Of a DNA stretch of 64,000 bases, positions 11,460-21,850 are shown piece after piece. The notes beneath the pieces were generated by a model. It saw only the letters and a list, made by a program, of their open reading frames with translations, had not been told where the DNA came from and ran no database searches. A program made the position numbers and the translations under genes. The stretch's first letter is position 1; every line of letters begins with the position of its first letter. The stretch is from NCBI GenBank assembly GCA_964187785.1, contig OZ076413.1:43712001-43776000 (forward strand), given 5' to 3'. Origin of the DNA: Amphiscolops sp. MND2022 (Eukaryota).

Positions 11460-14400
11460 CCAAAAAAGATAGTGGGTTAGAAATAGAATTTATGTTAGAC
11501 ACTGGAGCAGCCTGCTCGATTATCAATTATAGAGCTTTTGAGGAAATTGCACAATTTGGACAACCCATCACGGTAGTTAGAAGCAAGCAACTGACTAAAA
11601 CCTATACTGGTGAAATTATACCGATGCTCGGATCAACAACAATCACATTTAGCTTCGACTCGGATGGATTCCACCCCGTAGAACTAAAGTTTTGGATAAC
11701 AGAAGCGAAGACACCCAATTTACTGGGAATAGATTTCTGCCGTCAACTTGTTTCTAAATTACATTTTGATTTGCCCGCAATCGAATTGAAAGATAGTCCT
11801 AACACAATTTGCTACGGTAACCTTTGTGCTACCAAACCTTTCCTTTACGTTTCAAAAGTCGAAACAATACGAACAGACAACCCAATTTGTATCGATGCCA
11901 AAACCACCCGTCTACATAAATACTCTCGCGAGAACAATGGACATTTTGCACCCGGAACATCATTCACTCCCCACAAAAATGCAGTCAAAACAGGGCTTAC
12001 CTTTGTGAATGTTTTATGTACGAAATCCGAACCCCATCTGCCAATCTTGATTGAAAATAATCGAAATCACCAAATAACCCTTAATAGAGGGATAATTGGT
12101 CATGCTATCATAGATCTACAGGAAAAGGAACGACCGAAGTTCCAGATAAAAGATTGTGTCACGATGGTCAACACAATATTGAAGGAAAACCCAGAATACA
12201 ACGATTGTTTCTTACTACACTCAACAGTTCCCTTCGAGCACGAAGGAGATCAACAAGTCTTTCTAAGCCACGGCTCTGGCGAGACTCTGCGGACATCAAA
12301 TGCAAACTTAGCATTTTGCGTCTCGGCAGACGGAAAAATGACAACCACATTTGCGAAAAAGTTATGTGAACAGAAAAAAGATTTCCAAAATTTCGTAAAC
12401 CAATCAAAACCCTTGGTTGGATCGGTTCTACCCTTTTGGGATAACGAAGCCAATCGCTTCATCTATGGGCTAGTTGCAAACAAAGGTGTTACGAAAAAAT
12501 TAGACCCGAAGATTTTCGTAGTTGCATTGAAAATCTGTTCGGACACGCACAACTAAACAATATATCTGCAATTTCAGTAGCCAAAATTGAAGATGGCTTA
12601 GACAACATCAGCTGGAAAGAAGCGTTAGACATCATTCGTAATACGTTCGATTATGGACATATTAAAGTTGAGATTGTGTCACAAAACGAAGCAAACCTTC
12701 AATTTGTTAATGCCTCCATACGAAAAGAAGAAGTAGAAGAGGGAGACATTGACTATTATATGGAACAATTTACTAATGGCACTGAAGAACTTGAAACAGA
12801 TTTTGCTAAGGACGCTAAATCTTGTCAGCCACCCTGTACAGAACAACTTGTTGAACTTAGAACAAAAGAAGACAACGACGCTTTGATAGAATACTACCTC
12901 CAATATCAGCGTGAAGAAATCAAGGAATATGTGAAAAAATTCGATTTCCGATATACTGACCTCCAAGATGAAGAATTGGTTGTCCTAATAGATATGCTTA
13001 TTGACGCAGCAGACGTGTATTCACAACACAAATTCGACGTGGGAAAAGTACCTCAAAAATTTCATGTAACCCTCAAAGCAAATTCGGAACTCAAAAAACA
13101 ACGACCGAGCAAAGTACCCCTTCACTTGAAAGACAAACTTGAGAAGCTACTTGGACAACTCCAAGAAGCCGATATCATTAGAGAAATGGGAGACGATGAC
13201 GAATTAGGTTCCCTTTTTGTCAATCCGATCATTCTAATGCCCAAAGCACACTACGTAAAACTAGTAATCGACGCCCGCTACTTGAATTCTATAACAGATT
13301 TAACAAATTACTCCTGGCCATTTGAACCCATACAGATGATCATGACTCGAATCAATGGAAAGTACTTCACAGTCAGCGATTTATCTTGCGCATATCACCA
13401 AGTACCATTGAGCGACGAGACCCAAAAGCTCACTAGTTTCATCATCGGCGGAAAACAGTATACGTATATACGTGGTTTTTACGGACTCTGTGGACTTTCA
13501 AACTTTTTTAGTCGTTTAATGGCTATACACTTTGAGCCCCTTATTAAACGAAAACAAGCTATCACCTACCTTGATGACAGCCTAATGCAGGCTCAAACAA
13601 AACAAGAAATGTTCACAATAATTCACGAGTACCATCAACTCCTGAGAAAAGCCGGACTTAAAGCTGCACCTGAGAAGACAAACTTCTTCATTAGAAAAGT
13701 CAAATTCCTGGGTCATGTTATTTCTAAACAAGGAATACAGCCCTTAGCAAAACGAGTACAAGATCTCAAAAACCTAAAATCACCCGAAAGTAAAAGGGAT
13801 GTGATGAAAGTACTTGGCTGTCTTGGGTTTTATAGTTGCTATATAAAGAACTTACATGTGGAAAGTCAACCCTTCTACGACTTGATCAAAGCTACAACAC
13901 CTTTCAAATGGACAAAAAAACACGAAGACCTCTTCACTGATATAAAAAGCCGTATATGTGAAGACACTATTCTTGCTGTCCCTTCAACTGAGTACCCCTT
14001 CCACATACATGTCGATTCTTCGAATGTTGGTACCGGTTGTATTTTAGTGCAACAGTTTCCAGAAGGCAAAAGGATAGTTTCTTTCAATTCGCGCGTATTT
14101 GACAAGGCTGAACAAAAAATGTCCACCCTTCACAGTGAATTGTGTGGTATAGTATCAGCACTTCAAACATACGAACACTACATTATTGGATCTCCATTCC
14201 CAATATACCTCTATTGCGATCACAAACCCATCCTATACCTTTGGGGGCGGAAAGGACAACTCTCACACCGCTTTTTCAAATACCAGGTAATAATTACCAA
14301 GTTCCAAAACCTCAAAACCATCTGGACTAAAGGATCTAATCGCGCGTTTCCAGATATACTCAGTCGGAACGTCACATTGGAGGAAACGAAAAATTTGCAG

Positions 14401-16956
14401 AAACTCCACAAAGAAATACCGCGAGATATCAGTTTCTTTGACGAATTCGGATCGAAAATACATTATACAATCGAGCACAATGACGACGGTCAGTGTGGAA
14501 CCAATGACTTTTTTCCTATTCTTTGTCAAAAGGGCAAAGATCAAAGACTACTCCATCTCAAGAACGATGGAGAGGAACATGAAGTAGAACACTACGAGAA
14601 CCAACAAACAGTAATGACGACTCGACAAGACATCGCCGATTGTTTTAAATTGGGGAAGTCAATCAACCAATACAAAAACCTCTGTCTTCCCTCATACAAA
14701 ATGCAGTGCGAACCCGAATATAGTAGAATAGACGAAACTGAAACAGACTCTAGTGATGACGAAGAAGATGTCGCCGAACTCCACCTTTCCAGCGGAGATC
14801 ACGAGTTATACCGTGATAAATCAACGGCAAAGGAAAAGAACATTCTACAAAAGGTTGGAAGACCACTATTAAATAAAAGTTTAGACGCGGAGCAGTTCCC
14901 ACACGTTGACACTAAAGATCTCCTAAAAAAACTGAGTGATTATTCTAAAGTCGCTGATCTGGATATCCCTACTCTAGTCGCAGAACAAATTAACGACCCC
15001 GTATTACAAGTAGTACGATCCTGGGTTAGAAACCAAAACAAGCCAACCACCAAAACACCCGAAATACAACAATCGAGGGCCTTACTATCGTATTTCAATA
15101 ATTTTAACCAACTTTTTCTCGATAAAGAAAACAATCTACTCTGCTATAATGAACCCGTTCATGGAACAGACAAATACGAGATGAAAATCTGTGTCCCCTT
15201 ATCCTTATTCCTACCCCTCTTTAACCTAGCTCATGCTCACACTCACAGCGGCCATCCAGGCATATTCAAAACATTCGAAAACATCAGACAGAATTTCTTT
15301 TGGCCTGGACGATATAAATGGATAGTATCTCTAATAGAGGATTGTTTACAATGCCAGACTAACAAGTCTAAGCGACACGACTTACAAGAAGCGCCTCTTG
15401 AGCAGTGGGGCGAACTCGAAACAACCCCCTTCAAAACAATTCATATCGACCACAAAGGACCCATTAGACCAAGCAGTAACTTGAACACACATTGTCTAGT
15501 TGTAGTAGATGCATTTTCAAGATTTCTCGGAGTCTATCCTGTTCGAGATACAGGAGCTCAGACTACAATCAATGCACTAGAAAAATGGATTACATCCTAC
15601 GGCATCCCTCAAAAAATCGTCCACGATAATGGCTCAGCTTTCATCAACCGTGATTTTGTAAATTGGACAAAAGAATTTGGGATAACGTTGGCACCGCGCA
15701 CTGCATACTCGCCTTGGACGAACGGCAAAGTGGAAGTCCAGAACAAACATCTCATGAGATACTGGAGGAACTTCACCAACGAGTCAGGAAACAATTGGTC
15801 AACACTTGCATCTAAATTTGCCTTTGCCCATAATACGAGCGTAAACTACACAACGGGTATGACTCCTTACGAAATTGTTTTTGGCGTTAAACCACAAATA
15901 CCTATGACGCTGAAACTTGGACTTATTCGCGACAAAAACAAACAATGCAAATCGGAGTTTTGTGCGGATTTACAACCTCACACCCACAGTGAAAATAACC
16001 TCCGAAACAAGTCCCTTGATCGACTCCTTAAACCACAGTTATCTTCCGAGCTACTTACAAGAGAAAACGAATTCAAGTCCATCTACTCATCCACCTACAA
16101 AAGATGTAGAGAAATCACATCAAAGGCTCATGAGTATCGGAACCGTTTCAAACTGGGACGACTGCTCGAAGTCGGTCAAAAGGTTCTCCTAGAGAATCAT
16201 CAACCCGACCTATTCAAATCACAGAAATTGAAACAATTACGAGTAGGACCTTTCACGGTGACAAGACAAATAACCAACACCACATACGAGATAAAAGAAG
16301 ACGAAAACCCCGAGAACGTTAAAACCACTCATCGAAACCACTTACTAGAATATTTCCCCAAAGAGGAGACCTTGCCCCCATTGCTAACAAATTACGCTCC
16401 CATAGAACAAGATGATAACTTTTACAAGCACTTGATCCAGAGTCAAATTGACAAACACAATTCAGGACAATCTGAGCACAAACTAGATTTTATGCCACTA
16501 ATCATAACCCCCCTTTCTGGGCCGAACAACAACATTACAAAAAGTTCTGAGTTTTCCCCCAGTACCGATTCTGGATTCTTCTCTCCGAAAACCCCACAAT
16601 TTCACACCCCAATACCATCTACGTCTAACAACACCGTTCCGAGGGAACGTTCCTATCAAAGCTGTGGAACAAATCCACTTCCACCGATGCAAACACCACG
16701 CCTTCCTGTGGCAGTATTGCCACTCGCTTTCTCTTCCAATACTCCCCTACCTAAAAGAACACCGGTTCTCCCGTCCGTACCTCCTATCCATACAATGTCT
16801 CCCCCCGATCAAATTTCCCCAAAAACAGGAAAATTATCTAACTTCAAGAAGAAAGTAACTACACGGTTTTCCGAAAAACCCAAAAATCCTAAATATGAAC
16901 GAAGCACCCCTGGTAGTTCCCTCCGAGACATTGAGAGAAAAGGTTATAAAGATTAA
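11369..16956 (+). pseudogene. pol: Element B pol: protease, TARG1/OARD1-like macrodomain, RT, RNase H, integrase; one frameshift near 12480
   Basis: LDTGA; LAFCVSAD...RFIYGLVAK...GLD; LVIDARYLN...YLDD; HVDSS RNase H; H..H..CLQC; IHIDHKGP/VHDNG/GKVE DDE triad; GPF motif. Confidence 0.93.
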
Positions 16957-17682
16957 AATTTCAATTAAAAATAATAATAATAATAATAATAAAATCTTTT
17001 CACATCTCTAACACTTCCGTTCCGCCAAAATCCCGATTTACCTTTTCTTCTTCACAATTATATACTTAGACAGTCCGGAACTACACACACTTCACCGTGT
17101 CATGAGGCTCACCAGGAAGCCTCCGAACACACTCCTAAAACATTTTTCAATAAAAACAAAAAAACTTTCGCTGTCCCCCAAAACATTCAATGGGAATTAC
17201 CCATTGATTCTGACTGCCCGGCTCTTTGAAGAGTTTCCAAAATTATTCAAAACTTCTGTACCCTCCAATAGCCTACTGTGGACGGACTAACGTCCTCCTT
17301 TTGCAAAAATCGTAACACCAAACAAATTAATACCTTCAGAAAAGGAGGTAATAATCACATCCAACACACCAAAACGTCAGTCCCGCCAAAATCCCGATCT
17401 ACTTGCCGTCGCCAGCCCCATAAACCCGTATTATTTGAGAAGTACACACTGTTCCTTACGTCATGAGACACAACAAAAAAGTTTCCCTACAACTCTTTTG
17501 AGATCTTATAGCACTTTCAAAAAAAAGGAGAGTGTTCACCCAAAAAATATCCCCTCGTGACCCATTCGGAGTACGGTCCGCGGGAACAGTCTTATCTGCT
17601 ACCACTTGGTCTCTAGTTTATAGAGTGCTGGTTTTCGTCCTACTCCTGGTAAAGGTTTAGCAAAAGTTCAGAATAGTTTTGA

Positions 17683-17884
17683 GGCATGGCGGTTCACCCT
17701 AAATGGTTGAACTGCTTGGAATAGATGCCACTGTGATTGTTGATGGTTTTCTTCCACAAGTCTTCACAAGAGACAAAAACCACAAAGAAAAATTGTGCTA
17801 TGGCGGTTCGCCTTAAATGGTCGAACTGCCTGGAATAGATAGCACTGTGACTGTTGATGTTTTAGTCAACAAGCCTCCACAGAG
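17683..17884 (+). repeat. Two copies of a double-hairpin unit with compensatory changes
   Basis: Units 17683-17770 and 17795-17884. Outer stems GGCAT/ATGCC versus GTGCTAT/ATAGCAC; inner stems GGTTCA/TGAACT versus GGTTCG/CGAACT. Confidence 0.75.
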
Positions 17885-18069
17885 GCGATTGCTCAAAGTT
17901 TTAGCTAATCCTTCTCCTCCAGCTAAACTTTTCGAATTTATAACCGTCAAAAACCGTTCTCTTACTTTTCACCCTACAACTTAAAAACTTAAATTTAAAA
18001 CAAAAGTATTACAAAATAAAATTAAAATATTAAAATAACAAAAACAAAATATTTACAATATGTACAAGT

Positions 18070-18663
18070 TTATAATAAGTCTTCCCTTTCAAAGGGGACA
18101 ACGGTTGCCTTATTAGGAGGTGGCTTAGGGTGTCCAGCGCACAAACACACCATGTACCCTCCTGCTGAGGCTAGCTCTTGGAGGACCTCGAAGAATTGGC
18201 TCCTGTCGAACCGTCGAGCTATATTTGCCCGGTCTTGTGGAGAAGTCTTCTCCCAACCTTGCACTATCGCCTTAAGTTTAAAAATCCACACATCTTTGGC
18301 TCCGTGCGATAGCTTCTTTCTCCACTAAAACAAACTATCACGATTGGAAATCACAATTACGAAACATGTACAATCAACTTTCAGAACGACAACTTTGTTC
18401 CCTTCTTATATCCGTGACAAAAACAATACAAAAAAAACCTCCCCTATAGTGCTTAGAAGCCACCCTACTCAATAACTTACGTGTTCTCCTAACGCCAACC
18501 TCACTGCTCTCCGAAGTGGTTCTGGGCGCCGCAGAACTTCACTTTCCGGTGTTGTTCCCGCCATCATCGGAAGCTCCAGGTCAGTTACCAACGCTCGCAT
18601 GTCAGCAAAAAGATCTGGCGCCAAATACGCGTCATTTGCGGTAGAAAAGGGCAAGCGGTTCAT
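18070..18663 (-). CDS. Predicted two-exon antisense gene in element B (exons 18663-18481 and 18324-18070; 145-aa orphan protein)
   Basis: Phase-0 donor CAC|GTAAGT at 18480 and acceptor GTTTGTTTTAG|TGG at 18325 join two listed minus-strand ORFs exactly in frame; 156-nt T-rich intron. Confidence 0.7.
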
Positions 18664-18974
18664 CGTGCAAAGAAAAAGTCTAAATAACAACAACTAACTT
18701 GCAATCTCAAACTTCATTTTCACCACCCCCCCTTATACCATTTAAAAATTTCATCCTCTCATATTTGCTGCTCAACACCGTTTTTCATTTTTCTCCCAAT
18801 TTTTACCACTATATACTCACAACTTTTCTATTCCTTTTTCGGCGGTCGAGCGTGTCATATACACGATAACAAAAATTCAAGAAAAACGAAAACGAAAACG
18901 AACTTACTTGTGAATTTGAAGAGATCAGACTAACATCCGAGAGCGCACTCAACACAAGTCAAACTTAAGCTACC

Positions 18975-19170
18975 ACTTCAAAAACACACATGGCGTCCAA
19001 AGAACTGAACTATTACAAAAGCACATTGTGAACAAACAATTTTTCAAACCACTTGAAACCACATGGCAACCAAAAGAACTGAACCATGACAAAAGCGCAT
19101 TCACTACAAAGCAAACTTCAAAAACACACATGGCACCCACAGTTCTTCAACAACAAAAGCGCGTTTTTAA
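18975..19170. repeat. Three ~70-bp diverged units with CACATGGC (E-box-like) cores
   Basis: ACACATGGCGTCCAAAGAACTGAAC, CCACATGGCAACCAAAAGAACTGAAC, ACACATGGCACCCACAGTTC; each followed by CAAAAGC. Confidence 0.65.
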
Positions 19171-19544
19171 TAAAAGGAACAGATGAAAGCCAATGATGCA
19201 AACCAAAGAAAACGGAAAAGAGGAGTCAACAATTAGAAGAAATTAATAAAAGAAGTCACTGCATGTAATAACAAAAGCATGCAGAAAACAAAAGAACACA
19301 AAATTCACATTACAAAGACTACAAAAGAAAACAAAAGTAGTAGGAGAACAAAAGAAATAAGACAAAGCCCTGCTAAAGGAGAACCTTGTGAAAAGAACAA
19401 AAACACAAAAGTATAAAATTTTGTCTTTTGCAAAGTCAAGCTCTTGCAACAGTAAAATTTGTTCAAATTTTACAAAATAAGCCAAGGAGCATTTTCGAAC
19501 ATTGTCTTTCTTTTCAGTCAACTTTCAGCCAAATTCAACCAGAG

Positions 19545-19949
19545 ATGAAGCCCGTCTTTCATGACATTCCAATCATCGTTATCAATAAAATCAATTTCAA
19601 TTGCACATGGAATGTGATGCCCGAAGTCGAAGAGACTTCCATGATTGTACAAGAGTTTAACTGGAGCTGGCATCCAGCAGCAGATGTGGGAATTCGATTC
19701 CACAACTACAGGTCAAAGCAAGCGTACCATAAATGGTTAAAACCGGGATCATTTCTCTACATGTCTCTGACAGCAGCTCTAGTCACTTACAAAAGGAAAC
19801 CAGAACCGCAACTGTCTAAACAGGATACTGATGCCTTGAGCGCCATAACAGACCAAGTGGATGCTACCTGCCGGAGCTCGAACTATAAAGATATGTATAT
19901 AGACATATTAGAAACCCTGATGCTTTGGCAAGAGATGGACGACTGTTAA
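19545..19949 (+). CDS. Orphan accessory ORF (134 aa, MKPVFHDIP...)
   Basis: ATG preceded by TTTCAG acceptors (19517, 19528); AATAAA at 19956; balanced composition within AT-rich flanks. Confidence 0.55.
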   Translation: MKPVFHDIPIIVINKINFNCTWNVMPEVEETSMIVQEFNWSWHPAADVGIRFHNYRSKQAYHKWLKPGSFLYMSLTAALVTYKRKPEPQLSKQDTDALSAITDQVDATCRSSNYKDMYIDILETLMLWQEMDDC

Positions 19950-20050
19950 ATTGTAAATAAAAGTCTTCTTCTTACCCAATTCTTTTCCCTTCTCTTCGCT
20001 GTCATCTTAACTTAAACTAATAGCTCATATATAATCATTCATTTCAGCTT

Positions 20051-20545
20051 AGCACGGTAACGATCTTAGTTATCAATCTCTGCCGTGGGTAAATAACTTT
20101 TCAAAAAATCAAGCACGGTAACGATCTTAGTTATCAATCTCTGCCGTGGGTAAATAACTTTTCAAATTCGAGCACGGTAACGATCACAGTATCAATCTCT
20201 GCCGTGGGTAAAAAACCTTTCAAAAAGTCGAGCACGGTAACGATCACAGTATCAATCTCTGCCGTGGGTAAAAAACTTTTCAGCACGGTAACGATCACAG
20301 TATCAATCTCTGCCGTGGGTAAAAAACTTTTCAGCACGGTAACGATCACAGTATCAATCTCTGCCGTGGGTAAAAAACTTTTCAGCACGGTAACGATCTT
20401 AGTTATCAATCTCTGCCGTGGGTAAAAAAAAAACTTTTCAGCACGGTAACGATCTTAGTTATCAATCTCTGCCGTGGGAAAAAAAAACTTTTCAGCAAGG
20501 TAACGATCTTAGTTATCAATCTCTGCCGTGGGTAAAAAACTTTTG
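20051..20545 (+). repeat. Array of 9 tandem 51-61 bp hairpin-forming units
   Basis: AGCACGGTAACGATC(TTAGT/ACAG)TATCAATCTCTGCCGTGGG plus an A/T-run linker; starts at 20051, 20112, 20171, 20231, 20282, 20333, 20384, 20440, 20494. Confidence 0.95.
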
Positions 20546-20563
20546 ATTATTTCAGTTCATCGT

Positions 20564-21244
20564 ATGACTTACATCAAAATTGAAAACGAATTCTACCGGA
20601 TCTATAAAACTGAGCTGGAACAGAGAGAATTTATATCTACCTAAAACACCACATCACTTCAAAAAGGGACATTGTTTTTGTAGATCGACAATCAGTCTAC
20701 TGGAACTATTTTCTACATCTTATGACATTTGTGGGAGACATACCTACAGATTTGTTTAGAGGAGAAAACAACCGCCTCTAATGAACCCACAGTCTATTCT
20801 CAAAAAAGACTCGCGCAACAGAGCAAAATCGAGAATTACACAAAGCTATCATTTTCCTACTATCTACTGGGACACCCTTTGGGAGAAAAAATACGACGAA
20901 CTCAGTTTCAATTGCCCCTGGACAATTTTCGTTAGTGAAAACAACAAAAAGTTTTTGATTACCTATATTCGTGGACTTGGACCTACGGACTCAAGATTTG
21001 CATTCATTTTGAGCGTTACGACTTGCCCGACAAAAAGTACCAGAGACAAATCTACAAGAACACTTTCCTATATGCATCACTAGCCGCTTCCCTCATTTCG
21101 TATGAACATAAACCCGAAAGACACATCACCAAATTTGATTTAGATGTGCTGGGAGAATTAACCAGTGTTATGGACATCGAATGCGTCACCTCTCCTAAAT
21201 ATAACCAGTTGTACACGGATCTTATTAAATTTTATGATTTGTAA
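20564..21244 (+). pseudogene. Broken accessory ORF or cluster of small overlapping ORFs
   Basis: TTTCAG acceptor at 20555, ATG at 20564, protein-like segments in different frames, TAATG overlap at 20779-20783, AATAAA near 21278. Confidence 0.35.
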
Positions 21245-21354
21245 ATTTCATAAACTAAAACCTTGTATTTTGTGTTGAATAAATTCTTATAATCCCACCT
21301 CACTATCCCATTTTCAAATACAAAGCCCATAACTTCACTTCTGATAACAGAGTG

Positions 21355-21790
21355 TACTTTCAGTGCTTATGAAAACGGCTATCAATCGAGCCAGATACTG
21401 AAACTCAATTTATAGACTCGTGCACCAATCTCAAAACTACAGAAGTGGTCACTTTGACTACACCCTCCTTTGGTTAGCAAGCTACCAAACGTTTATTTAC
21501 TTTCGCTTTAGTTGAAGTCATTAGACAACATTTTTCTCATTTCAGTTCTTGAAAACATCATCACGTCTGAATCAATTCTGATTTGCATCGGGTAGTAAGT
21601 TAGACTCCTTCGACTTCTGGTTAGCAAACTACCAAATTTATATCCAAATTTTGGTTTGGTTGAAGACAATAGACAAATTTTGTCCACTTTCAGTCATTCT
21701 GAAAAGCAGTCTTCATCAATCAAATCAACCTTGATTTCAACTGGATTGTCAAATTCGACTCCACCAACTCTCGGTTAGCAAGCTACCGTT
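21355..21790 (+). repeat. Three ~150-bp diverged units, each ending in a GGTTAGCAAGCTACC-type hairpin
   Basis: Hairpins at 21471-21487, 21618-21634 and 21772-21788; each unit also has TTTCAGT...GAAAA and a T(T/A/C)GACT motif. Confidence 0.7.
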
Positions 21791-21850
21791 TAATTCTCCT
21801 CTCGTAAACCACTCTTAACATTTTGCCCTTCACAAAAAGAAGTTTTGGCA

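Noticed and set aside
12251..12678. Bacterial DarG-type antitoxin system
   Set aside because: The domain is embedded in a eukaryotic retroelement Pol; there is no DarT partner or operon context.
20134..20425. Repetitive ORFs on both strands
   Set aside because: By-products of the 51/60-bp tandem units; no independent coding evidence.
20051..20545. CRISPR array
   Set aside because: Linkers are short A/T runs rather than unique spacers, there are no cas genes, and the context is a eukaryotic retroelement.
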